A stretch of 62,628 bases of DNA, counting the filler, from Pseudobdellovibrionaceae bacterium (lineage in GTDB: Bacteria; Bdellovibrionota; Bdellovibrionia; Bdellovibrionales; UBA1609), in the NCBI GenBank assembly GCA_030591685.1. It is 5 parts of 5 records of this genome, joined end to end, with 100 filler letters (N's around TTAATTAATTAA, not from the genome) between each part and the next. Parts side by side here need not be neighbours in the genome. Positions count along the whole stretch, not along the records: positions 1 to 13,129 come from JAUVAX010000058.1; 4 more parts are not named here. One strand, given 5' to 3'. How positions within the stretch are numbered: position 1 is the stretch's first letter; every line of letters begins with the position of its first letter. Positions 1-8,959 of this stretch are shown here, in pieces. A model generated the notes under the pieces. It searched no databases. It had not been told where the DNA came from and worked only from the letters and a program-made list of their open reading frames with translations. The position numbers and the translations under genes are program-made.

Positions 1-393
<393 letters not shown>

Positions 394-457
394 TCTTCGC
401 GCCGAGTCAAAAAGCTTTTGAGCTCGTACTAAGGCTTAGGGTAGAAGGACTTTTAAG

Positions 458-486
458 TTGCCTAAATCCACCGGATGCCTTAGTTT
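458..486 (+). promoter_or_regulatory. putative sigma70 promoter for tRNA-Ser
   Basis: TTGCCT-17 nt-TAGTTT about 30 nt upstream of the tRNA. Confidence 0.35.
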
Positions 487-515
487 AACAATCTTGAAAA
501 TCAATATTTATTTGC

Positions 516-605
516 GGAGAGGTGGCAGAGCGGTTGAATGCACCGGTCTTGAAAACCGGCAGACCTTCGCGGGTCTCGAGAGTTCGAATCTCTCCCTCTC
601 CGCCA
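516..605 (+). tRNA. tRNA-Ser (anticodon TGA)
   Basis: GGAGAGG acceptor stem, anticodon arm CCGGT-CTTGAAA-ACCGG, long variable arm, GTTCGAATC T-loop, encoded CCA. Confidence 0.97.
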
Positions 606-653
606 TTTAATTTCAACCACTAAAACCAATTGAATTACAAAAGTGCCCCAAGC

Positions 654-781
654 CCCGATGTAGAGGGAGAGGTGAGAACGTAAGAGTTCGACAAAAATAG
701 CATGATGCTATTTTTGCACAGCGAACGCTGGAGAGCTGCCCGAAGGGTGGAGGGCAGGAGCCCGACATGAATCTCATCGGG
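654..781. repeat. tRNA-linked structured palindromic element
   Basis: Terminal IR CCCGATG/CATCGGG, perfect 11-bp hairpin at 692-716, smaller hairpins, and segments matching the adjacent tRNA 3' half. Confidence 0.6.
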
Positions 782-844
782 CCTAACCAACCATGACAAT
801 TGAAGTGAATCGTCATAAGTTTGTTGAATTCAAAAAAGGAAAAC

Positions 845-1417
845 ATGGCAGAGTTCGAAAACCAAAAATTTACTAGCGAGAGTGAAACTGATTTTAAGAG
901 TCTTGAAATCTCTGAATTTGAAGAGTGTAGCTTTGTTGGTCTAGATTTTTCAAATCTTTCATTTCGATCATGGCGATTTATAGACTGCAAATTTTCAAAA
1001 TGTAGCTTTAGCGAAGTCGACCTGGTCAATGCAACATTTCGTGAAATCGTTTTTCAAGACTGTCGATTAATGGGGGTCAACTGGACAGATGCTAAAACAT
1101 ATGTTGATCCAAAATTTAAGAATTGTAAGTTAGATTACTCAGTTTTTCAGGGATTAGATTTGAGAGAGGCATCATTTTTAGATTGCTCTGCGAAAGAGGC
1201 CGATTTTTCAAACACTAACTTGTCAGGAGCTGTTTTCGTGGGGACAGTTTTACAAAACGCCTCATTCAATCAGTCCGACCTTAGAAACACAGACCTGCGA
1301 AAGGCGACTCGGTATTTTATCGACCCACAGTTTACTAAACTCAAAGGGGCTAAAGTTGACTTCTCTGAGGCTTCTTCTATCTTGGCCGCCATTGGTGTCG
1401 AAGTGAGTTCTTATTAA
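845..1417 (+). CDS. pentapeptide repeat protein
   Basis: Tandem [ASC][DNTS][FL]xx repeats (CSFVG, LDFSN, CKFSK, ADFSN, ASFNQ); ATG at 845 follows AAGGA. Confidence 0.9.
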   Translation: MAEFENQKFTSESETDFKSLEISEFEECSFVGLDFSNLSFRSWRFIDCKFSKCSFSEVDLVNATFREIVFQDCRLMGVNWTDAKTYVDPKFKNCKLDYSVFQGLDLREASFLDCSAKEADFSNTNLSGAVFVGTVLQNASFNQSDLRNTDLRKATRYFIDPQFTKLKGAKVDFSEASSILAAIGVEVSSY

Positions 1418-1642
1418 TGGTCAGAACAGATGGCAACGCCCCCCTCTTATTTGTAAAGCAAGTTTAAAACTTACATATATGTAAATACGAATAAGCTTAC
1501 AGTAAATCGGATTAATAGTCTTATTATTTTCAATAAGTGTAGCGATGTGAATAAGCCCCATGATCAAGGGCGTTGCATAAAGGGAGCTGTTGCCCGATCC
1601 ACAGTTTTTTTTCAAGTGTTAAAGATGAACAAGTTTTTCTGA

Positions 1643-2242
1643 TTAAAACTTCTTTATTTGACAAACATCATAGCCAATAAATTTTCCGCCTTGTAGAGCG
1701 TTTACTCTCATGGCGCAGAAAAATTTTAATTTCTTATGGAATTTTAATTCAGCATCTAACGGATAGTTCTCAGAACCATAATTAATTTTTGCACTATAAG
1801 TACGTATTTTTTTATCTTCATTAACTGTCACATCCCTAAAAGAATTTCCGTCAGTAGAGGGCATAAAATATCCTCCACCACTAGTAACATTCTTAGCTGA
1901 TGGACCTAGCAAATATCGAGGGTACGGATGTTGTCCAGAGATTTGTAGAACGCCAGAATGATCGCAGACAAGCTCCTGCATTCCAGTCCTATCTTTTATT
2001 TGAACGTTTTTGTACCCACATTTTGTCCATAAGGACATCTCATGGCTATGTTCTCCAAAAAAGATTTCATCTAAAGATACGCTCTCTACCATTTGATTGC
2101 GTGATTGCTCTAGTGTTTGTGTGTGCGATTCGATATCTAAGCCTAACTTAGATTTGTTCTCTAGATTCGAATCACCAAAGGCTACATTCGCAGATAAACA
2201 AACCCCAATAAATAGTATCGAAACTCCATATATTTTAATCAT
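1643..2242 (-). CDS. hypothetical secreted protein
   Basis: 199-aa ORF with signal peptide (..SANVAFG) and an upstream sigma54-like promoter. Confidence 0.7.
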   Translation of the reverse strand: MIKIYGVSILFIGVCLSANVAFGDSNLENKSKLGLDIESHTQTLEQSRNQMVESVSLDEIFFGEHSHEMSLWTKCGYKNVQIKDRTGMQELVCDHSGVLQISGQHPYPRYLLGPSAKNVTSGGGYFMPSTDGNSFRDVTVNEDKKIRTYSAKINYGSENYPLDAELKFHKKLKFFCAMRVNALQGGKFIGYDVCQIKKF

Positions 2243-2267
2243 AAAAACTCGTTATATGACCTTTTAG

Positions 2268-2283
2268 AGCAACTCATGTGCCA
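2268..2283 (-). promoter_or_regulatory. putative sigma54 (-24/-12) promoter
   Basis: Minus strand reads TGGCAC-ATGAG-TTGCT, a perfect match to TGGCAC-N5-TTGCW, 25 nt upstream of the start at 2242. Confidence 0.7.
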
Positions 2284-2422
2284 AGTGTAATCGAGTATGG
2301 ATCCTCCCTACGGCTTAAAAAATGTCACTATTCGCCTAGAGTGCCAAAAAGCGTCAACTTCTTAAGAAATAGTTTGCTGACCGTCCCCCGATGTACTGGC
2401 CTTTTTATCGCTAATTTCTTTT

Positions 2423-2656
2423 TTATTTCTCTAAGCAAGTAGTGTGGCATATAATTGAACATTTTTCTCCTGTGCCACCTGGCCCGTCATAAAGAGGTCC
2501 GCCAGGGCCGTCATAACAAACACCGCCAGGTCCATTATATCCAATACATTTATATAAATTTTTACACTTACTCAATGTTTCAACAGTTTTATTATCAGTA
2601 TGTGCAAAAGGTGCAGTTGATCCTAGAAGAAGGAGTAATAATACTAATTTATTCAT
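2423..2656 (-). CDS. small secreted Cys-rich protein with YxGPGG repeats
   Basis: MNKLVLLLLLLGSTAPFA signal peptide; YNGPGGVC-YDGPGGPL-YDGPGG repeats; 6 Cys. Confidence 0.6.
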   Translation of the reverse strand: MNKLVLLLLLLGSTAPFAHTDNKTVETLSKCKNLYKCIGYNGPGGVCYDGPGGPLYDGPGGTGEKCSIICHTTCLEK

Positions 2657-2660
2657 AATT

Positions 2661-2759
2661 TTACATAATTTTACATATTTTTGCACTTGGCCCTTCAGCA
2701 TAATCAGAGACGGGAATTGCCAAAAAGGTCACCAAGACAAGTAATTTTTTCACATTCAT
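2661..2759 (-). pseudogene. 32-aa signal-peptide stub, probably a truncated secreted-protein gene
   Basis: GAGGAG RBS then MNVKKLLVLVTFLAIPVSDYAEGPSAKICKIM*; the stop lies in a 10-bp tandem duplication. Confidence 0.4.
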
Positions 2760-2809
2760 TTAGGTCTCCTCACGAAATCTTTAATTAAACCTGAATACAG
2801 AATGTATAC

Positions 2810-2825
2810 TGCAATAGGAGGGCCA
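2810..2825 (-). promoter_or_regulatory. putative sigma54 promoter
   Basis: Minus strand TGGCCC-TCCTA-TTGCA with correct GG-N10-GC spacing, upstream of 2759. Confidence 0.5.
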
Positions 2826-3173
2826 AAATTGGATGACCCTCACTTTTTTGTATTGTGATGCGGCCGGATACTGCGGGCATGTCCAAAACTCGGGCGATCA
2901 TTGTGAGCATATGTTACTTCGTTGGTGGAACGAGAGTTGCTCTCAATTTAAACCAACAAAAAAGTGACGGTCACCAAACTAGGAAACTTGTGACATGTAA
3001 AGGTTTGAGCCTTTTAGCATAAGTTGGGTGACGGTGTAGGGGTAAGGTTTTATTGCAACAGTTCTTCTGTCGCTTCTTTTGGCGTCCTCCGCCCCAGATC
3101 TAAAAGTGACGTTCACTAAGCTAATTTCTTTTAAATTTATTACACAATTTTTGCAAAGTCCATAGGTTTGCCG

Positions 3174-4052
3174 CTAGGGCTTTAGACAGAAGAAAGTTGT
3201 GCTGATTAGGTTTGGCCTCAGGTCTTTGAGAAAAAGTAGTGTTTGATTATTGTAATACAAACTTTTCGTGCGGATTAGAAAAAACAACAGTGACACAGTT
3301 TGAATGAGCGCAATTGAAGCGCAGAGCACAATAGCGTAGGCCAGTAACAAATGCCAGCCAGAGGGGCTCTGTGGAAAGAGAGAATAGAAGGCCCCACCCA
3401 AGGTCTCCCCTAAAAAAAATCCTGAAGAGGCATTTTTAAAAGCCAAGAGGCTGGCCAGGTCTTGCCCAAGTTGATAAAGGCTCCAGTTATTCCTTTTTAA
3501 AGCAAAAGCTCCAAGGGTCATTGTGACAAGAGAGACTGAGATTTCAAAGCGCTCCGCCCGACGCTTGGTCATTTTTAACTGTTCATATTCAATGACCTTA
3601 ATGAAGTTGGCTTTGAGCTGTTCCAAAGAGGCCTTATCTAGGGGCGAAACCTTCTGACTTGTTTCTGTTAACTTTTGCAAGATTTCTGAGTATTTTTCTC
3701 CAAAGAGCATGTTTAATATGTAGGTGTCGATTTCTAACTGTTGTTGCACTTTTAAACTTGGGGGGAGAAGCTCAAACCAATACATAAAATTAAAGTGGGT
3801 GAGCCCCTGAGCCCACAAAGACAGGTCCTGAATAAAGACATAAAAGGGCGTATAAAAAACATTAAAAAATCGAACCAAAAAATCACGTCTCAAAAAATCG
3901 GCTAGGCTTTGTGCCTTAAGAGGTTCAAATAAAATAGACTTATCCATTCTTTCAATTTGTTTTGATTTACTGTCGAGAAACAAATCAATTTCGTTACAAA
4001 AATCAATGATGTTAGGGTCGGAACTTTGTTGGATTTTTTTGGTGGCTCCCAT
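3174..4052 (-). CDS. membrane protein, DUF6635-like
   Basis: AGGAG RBS; C-terminal hydrophobic segments with the motif FFLGETLGGAFYSLFPQSPS, recalled from DUF6635. Confidence 0.55.
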   Translation of the reverse strand: MGATKKIQQSSDPNIIDFCNEIDLFLDSKSKQIERMDKSILFEPLKAQSLADFLRRDFLVRFFNVFYTPFYVFIQDLSLWAQGLTHFNFMYWFELLPPSLKVQQQLEIDTYILNMLFGEKYSEILQKLTETSQKVSPLDKASLEQLKANFIKVIEYEQLKMTKRRAERFEISVSLVTMTLGAFALKRNNWSLYQLGQDLASLLAFKNASSGFFLGETLGGAFYSLFPQSPSGWHLLLAYAIVLCASIALIQTVSLLFFLIRTKSLYYNNQTLLFLKDLRPNLISTTFFCLKP

Positions 4053-4361
4053 GTGCTCCTATCGGAGAGTCTCATTCAAAAAACAAGAGAATTAGTCACA
4101 GAAGTGTCGTATCCACGGCACTTCCCGATCTTGGTCAAAGATCAAGTCTGACATTCGCCGGACTACACCCTTAACTCTTTGAAATCACACAGTGCACAGC
4201 AGCCCACTACGTTATCAAAAACAAAAAACGGGGACAGAGTCTCCGCCTCAGTTTCTGTAAAAAAAGGCAAGCTCAATGATATTAGTTAGGTAGTCACATC
4301 AATGCTCCTCGATTTCGTACAAAACCAAGGCTCCGTCACTCTAATTCTAAGCTAAAAAAAA

Positions 4362-6434
4362 TTAATAAAGAGCATTAATTAAGCGCTGGGCCTTTGAAAA
4401 AGAGGTCGTTGGAAGTAAGCACGTCCCCTTTACGCAGACATAGAAGGTGGTTTTATTATTAAGCCTTTTTTTGCCCTTAAGCCCGTCAAGGGCCAGCTTG
4501 CTCTGGGGTGTTTTAAGTAAAGTAATAATTGGGAGCTGGGGTGTGCTATACAGGTTGTCGAGCAACTTTAAGACGCTAGGGCTATTGCGCTCGCCTACAA
4601 TAACTAGTTCAATCATTTTTTTTGAATAAACATCTAAAACTCTCATAAGTGAGGGGTAGGACAGAATATGTGCCCTCAATTGGCCCACTTGATTTAAAAT
4701 TAATTGAGACCGATCAAGGTGCTTGCGATTAAGTGTTAACCCGTAAAGTCTTTGATGGTTTTCAAGGCAGACAACGTTGGCCGGAGGGATGTGCTGGTTT
4801 ATCGAGGGGTCACTCGTGCCCTTTCCGTAGCGAAGCGACTCGGGTGAAAGGTAAAGGTTTTTTTTAGGCAGCCAAAAGGTGGTCTCTAAAGTTTTTTGTA
4901 ATTTAAAAGCTAAAGACAACCAAGAGTCATTAAAGTCAGAGCTATAAAGGTCTAAAAGAGCCTGAATTAAAAAAGCATAATCTTCAACGGTGGCGGGGTT
5001 TGCTGGCTTGCCTCCAATGGAGTATCTATAGAGTTGATCATTAATGTAGTTCGTGTCTTTAAGCGCATGAGCTAAGCTTACGGCTTGGTTTAAATAAGTA
5101 TCGTCACCATAAACTTGATAAGCCCTTGAGAGGGTCGTGATCATAAGGGCATTCCAGGAGGTAATTATTTTTTTATCCAAATTTGGACTTACTTTTTTAC
5201 CTCTAAGTGTTTCTAAGTAAATTTTTAAAGAGCGGCTCAAGGGCCCCTTAGATTTTTTGTGCAAAAAAGTGAGTTTCTTGCCGTGGGGTGTGTGTAGAGA
5301 TAAAGAATGATTAAAAGCAGGGAACTTTACCTTAAGGGCCATGACTTCGGCTTCATTGAGTCCGTAAAAAAAGCCTTCCTTTTTTTTGTTAGTGGCCGGG
5401 TCAAGGCTGTCGGCATCGGTAGCGGCGTAAAAAACACCCTTAGGAGACTTAAAGTGTGTATTTAAAAAGTTAATGGTCTGCTGGCTTATGTGCTTGTACT
5501 CAGGGTTTTTTGTTTTTAAATAAGCTTCGGTATATGTTTTTGCCAGTTGTGCGTTGTCGTAGAGGGTTTTTTCAAAGTGTGGGGTTTTCCACTCTGGGTC
5601 AACGGTGTAGCGATAAAAACCGCCATGTACGGGGTCGTATAACCCTCGTGAGCTCATTGTGTTGAGAGTTTTATAAAGGTAATTATGAGTTTTTGGCCGT
5701 AAAGTGCTTTTAAGCATAAGGGCCTCAAGAGTGGCCGAGCGCGGAAAGCGTGAGGCATTAACCCTACGGCTCTCAATGCTTTGCTCGCGTTCAATAAGCC
5801 CCGATTCAAATTGAAGGAGCAATTTTTTTTTGTCCTTAAATGTAATACCCTCTAAAAGTTTAGGGGCCTTAACCTCACGAGCGACCTGTCGAATTTTAAG
5901 GGGCTCTGTCGACCACGATTGTTTAATTTTTGTAGCCACCGATATAAGATTTTTTTTAGATAAATAAGTGGAGCCGTAAAAAGGTTGCCCGTCAGGGGTG
6001 AGCCAAACATTAAGGGGCCAGCCCCCGCCATACCCAAGTTGTTCAACAAGTGACATGTACATGCGGTCTAAGTCAGGGCGCTCTTCACGGTCAATTTTAA
6101 TCGAGACATAACCGTTGTTAAGAACAAGTGCTACCTCGGGGTTAGAAAAGCTCTCCTTATTCATCACATGGCACCAATGGCATGTGGAGTACCCTATGGA
6201 GATAAAAATAAGTTTATTTTCGTCTTTAGCTTGTTCGAGGGCACTATGTGACCACTCTTTCCAGGCCACGGGGTTGTCCTTATGTAATAAAAGATAAGGG
6301 GAGAGGCTTTTGGAGAGGGCGTTCTTTGGTGCGGCCTTGTGAGTAAGTAATAAATAAACAAGAGCTAAAACAAAAAGAGCTCCCAATGTAATTAATAGTA
6401 TTTTAATAAAGTTATATTTGCCTTTAAAAATCAT
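4362..6434 (-). CDS. YyaL/SSP411 (DUF255) thioredoxin-domain protein with N-terminal membrane anchor
   Basis: SPYLLLHKDNPVAW, SIGYSTCHWCHVM, KIDREERPDLD, GGWPL, GGFYRY, PHFEKTLYDNAQL, DKKIITSWNALMI; the longer ORF start overlaps the upstream gene. Confidence 0.92.
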   Translation of the reverse strand: MIFKGKYNFIKILLITLGALFVLALVYLLLTHKAAPKNALSKSLSPYLLLHKDNPVAWKEWSHSALEQAKDENKLIFISIGYSTCHWCHVMNKESFSNPEVALVLNNGYVSIKIDREERPDLDRMYMSLVEQLGYGGGWPLNVWLTPDGQPFYGSTYLSKKNLISVATKIKQSWSTEPLKIRQVAREVKAPKLLEGITFKDKKKLLLQFESGLIEREQSIESRRVNASRFPRSATLEALMLKSTLRPKTHNYLYKTLNTMSSRGLYDPVHGGFYRYTVDPEWKTPHFEKTLYDNAQLAKTYTEAYLKTKNPEYKHISQQTINFLNTHFKSPKGVFYAATDADSLDPATNKKKEGFFYGLNEAEVMALKVKFPAFNHSLSLHTPHGKKLTFLHKKSKGPLSRSLKIYLETLRGKKVSPNLDKKIITSWNALMITTLSRAYQVYGDDTYLNQAVSLAHALKDTNYINDQLYRYSIGGKPANPATVEDYAFLIQALLDLYSSDFNDSWLSLAFKLQKTLETTFWLPKKNLYLSPESLRYGKGTSDPSINQHIPPANVVCLENHQRLYGLTLNRKHLDRSQLILNQVGQLRAHILSYPSLMRVLDVYSKKMIELVIVGERNSPSVLKLLDNLYSTPQLPIITLLKTPQSKLALDGLKGKKRLNNKTTFYVCVKGTCLLPTTSFSKAQRLINALY

Positions 6435-6445
6435 TGATCTCTCAG

Positions 6446-7180
6446 TTAAGTAAATAGTATTTTTGCGCCAATAAAAACAACCAAAACGGCGGTAAGGTCT
6501 TTTACGACCCGTTGTGAAAGAGCGTGCCCAGAGCCCATACGACTCCCCACTTGTCCGCCCACAAGAACCGCTAAAAACAACGGCCAATGGGTTGTAACAC
6601 TCACAAAATGTGATGTTTTAATAAGTTGACCTAATAAACCTGAAATAGAATTTACAAAAATAAAAAAAGCAGCTGTAGCAGCGACTTGTTTAGGTTGCCC
6701 CCATTTTAAAGTAAGTAATATGGGGGCTAAAAATATACCCCCGCCTATGCCAATAAGCCCTGATAATAGCCCGAGTGCTGCGCCAATGACAAGAGAGGCA
6801 CTGATTTTTGGTTTAATAGAGTGTTCATAAGTTGTGGGCTTGCGGTCAAAAATAATGAGCCTTGCCCCAACCCCAAATAAACAAACGCCGAGAAGGGTTA
6901 AAAAGGTGTCTTTTTCTATGGGCATTCTGCCGCCTAAAAAAGACATAGGTATGGAACTCACAATAAAGGGCCAAAAAAGTGACCACTTAAAGTGACCCCG
7001 CTTATAAAAATAAACCACCCCTCCTAAGACCACAATAATGTTGCAAATTAAAGCCAGTATGGGGATGGACTGATAGGGGTACCCAAAGAGTGCGAGCACA
7101 GCAATATACGAAGAGCCTCCACCAAACCCAACAGAGGCATAAAGAACCGACACAAGTAAAAACAAAAGAGTTACTGGCAT
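6446..7180 (-). CDS. TSUP (TauE/SafE) family transporter
   Basis: SVGFGGGS and GLIGIGGGIFLAP repeat motifs; about 8 TM segments. Confidence 0.92.
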   Translation of the reverse strand: MPVTLLFLLVSVLYASVGFGGGSSYIAVLALFGYPYQSIPILALICNIIVVLGGVVYFYKRGHFKWSLFWPFIVSSIPMSFLGGRMPIEKDTFLTLLGVCLFGVGARLIIFDRKPTTYEHSIKPKISASLVIGAALGLLSGLIGIGGGIFLAPILLTLKWGQPKQVAATAAFFIFVNSISGLLGQLIKTSHFVSVTTHWPLFLAVLVGGQVGSRMGSGHALSQRVVKDLTAVLVVFIGAKILFT

Positions 7181-8712
7181 TGTGCCCCTTGGATTCGCCC
7201 CCAGTTTTCGCGCACCGAAGAAACCCCACGGTTAAGAGAAAACACGCCCGTAGCCCCGGAGAGCCGTAATTTTTGAGCTAATGTTTTGCTTCGAGCGCCT
7301 CTTTGACAAACTAAAATAATGGGGTCGACCTGTGAGGCAGGGTTAAAATCATTTTCAAATAAGGACAGGGGTTTTTGTAATAAAAAATTCTCCCAAGCGG
7401 CATGGTGGTCTTTTTCGTTCAGTTCACGAATATCAATAAACTTATACTTGGCTAAGTCCTCATCAGTGAGTTCAGATAATTCGAGTTCAAAATCTAGCCG
7501 GCCGTAATGGTTTTTTGAAAGCCCCTTAATTTTTGGCTTATCACCGCAAAGGGGGCAAGATTTATTTTTACTTCGTTTTATTTTCGAAACACTCCAGTTC
7601 ATAAGGTCTACGAGTAGGGTGCTTGAGTCTGTGCTACTCCCCCAGTTTAATAAAATTTTTAGGGCCTCTGTGGCCTGCATAGTGCCGAGCACTCCAGGCA
7701 CGACCCCTATAACCCCCACTTCGGCACAGTTGCCGACGCTATCTGGGCTGGGCACTTCGGGCCAAAGGCAGCGCTGGCAGCCCGAGTCCTTTTTAAAGGT
7801 AAAAGACTGTAGCTGGCCTTCACTTTGATAAATGCTCGCCTGAACAAGAGGTTTATTTAAAAAATAACAAGCATCGTGAATGAGAAATTTAGATTCAAAA
7901 TTATCAGTGCAGTCTAAAACAAGGTCATGCATTGAAACGAGCTCATTAATATTATCAAAACTCACCCTTTTTGTAATGGCATTAATTGTGACAAAAGGGT
8001 TTAGGCCCTTTAGTCTTTTTTTAGCCAAAACCGCTTTATATTCGCCAATGTCAGAGTGTGCATAGAGAGTTTGCCGGTGAAGGTTTGAAACCTCTAAATG
8101 ATCCCCATCACAAATAGTTATATTACCGACGCCTGCTGAAACTAAATAACTAAGTGCAGGGCAGCCGAGGCCCCCAGCTCCCACAACAAGGACTTTTGCG
8201 TTTTTAAGTCGCGTCTGCCCCTCAGGACCTAAGTTTTTTAATCTTAATTGTTTGTCGTAATACTGTTCTTCAGTATGGTGATTGTGCGCATGCTTGTAGC
8301 AACCTTGGCAGTTAACCCATGTGGCTTCACCGTCAACATAGTATTCTTTTTTCCAAATAGGTAAGCGGAGCTTGATTTCATCAATAATGTATTTACAGGC
8401 ATGAAACCCGGGCTCTCGATGTTTTGAGCTCACACCTATCCATACAGCAATGTCCCCGATAGCAATATGCCCGGCCCTATGCACAGCTGTAACGTCTAAA
8501 ATATCAAATTTTTCTTTAGCCTCATCTATAACTTTTTTCGCTTCTTTAAGGGCAAGGCTTTCAAAAACTTCATACTCTAAAGAGGCAACTTTTTTGCCCT
8601 CATTATGGTTTCGTACCCAGCCCTCAAAAACAACAAAAGACCCAGCTTTATCATCTTTAGATTGTTCTTTAAGTTGTTCAGGGTTGATTGGCTCATGTGT
8701 GACTTTAAACAT
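7171..8712 (-). CDS. MoaE-MoeB(ThiF)-rhodanese triple fusion
   Basis: MoaE (FEGWVRNHNEG, LEYE, VHRAG, PIWKKE); MoeB (VGAGGLG, SNLHRQ, DCTDN, CQRC, CPLC); rhodanese (IDIRE, VCQRGARS). Confidence 0.92.
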   Translation of the reverse strand: MFKVTHEPINPEQLKEQSKDDKAGSFVVFEGWVRNHNEGKKVASLEYEVFESLALKEAKKVIDEAKEKFDILDVTAVHRAGHIAIGDIAVWIGVSSKHREPGFHACKYIIDEIKLRLPIWKKEYYVDGEATWVNCQGCYKHAHNHHTEEQYYDKQLRLKNLGPEGQTRLKNAKVLVVGAGGLGCPALSYLVSAGVGNITICDGDHLEVSNLHRQTLYAHSDIGEYKAVLAKKRLKGLNPFVTINAITKRVSFDNINELVSMHDLVLDCTDNFESKFLIHDACYFLNKPLVQASIYQSEGQLQSFTFKKDSGCQRCLWPEVPSPDSVGNCAEVGVIGVVPGVLGTMQATEALKILLNWGSSTDSSTLLVDLMNWSVSKIKRSKNKSCPLCGDKPKIKGLSKNHYGRLDFELELSELTDEDLAKYKFIDIRELNEKDHHAAWENFLLQKPLSLFENDFNPASQVDPIILVCQRGARSKTLAQKLRLSGATGVFSLNRGVSSVRENWGRIQGAQCQ

Positions 8713-8713
8713 T

Positions 8714-8959
8714 TCAGCCCCCGGCCACGGGGGGTATGAAAACAATGGTGTCGTTCTCAGTAAGCTCCTCTGAGAGGTCTTTAAACTCATCGTTTATTGA
8801 AACCCTAATTTGCTCAGGCTTTAATGAAAACCCATAAGTTTTTGAGAGCTCAATAAAAAGTTCTTCTGCTGTACGTGCGTTTGTACTAAAGGTTTCGGTG
8901 TCTTTTTTGGCCTCGTCTTTAAGTAGGGCAAAATATTTTATGGTTAGTACTTTACTCAT
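8714..8959 (-). CDS. moaD: molybdopterin synthase sulfur carrier
   Basis: 81 aa, IKYFALLKD, C-terminal FIPPVAGG. Confidence 0.96.
   Translation of the reverse strand: MSKVLTIKYFALLKDEAKKDTETFSTNARTAEELFIELSKTYGFSLKPEQIRVSINDEFKDLSEELTENDTIVFIPPVAGG

Noticed and set aside
613..1029. 138-aa minus-strand ORF
   Set aside because: Antisense to the pentapeptide gene and the tRNA-linked element; no protein features.
1421..1615. 64-aa minus-strand ORF
   Set aside because: TTG start, no RBS, no recognisable motif.
6435..6587. N-terminal extension of the 741-aa ORF
   Set aside because: Overlaps the TSUP gene out of frame; the ATG at 6434 gives a sensible TM-anchored start.
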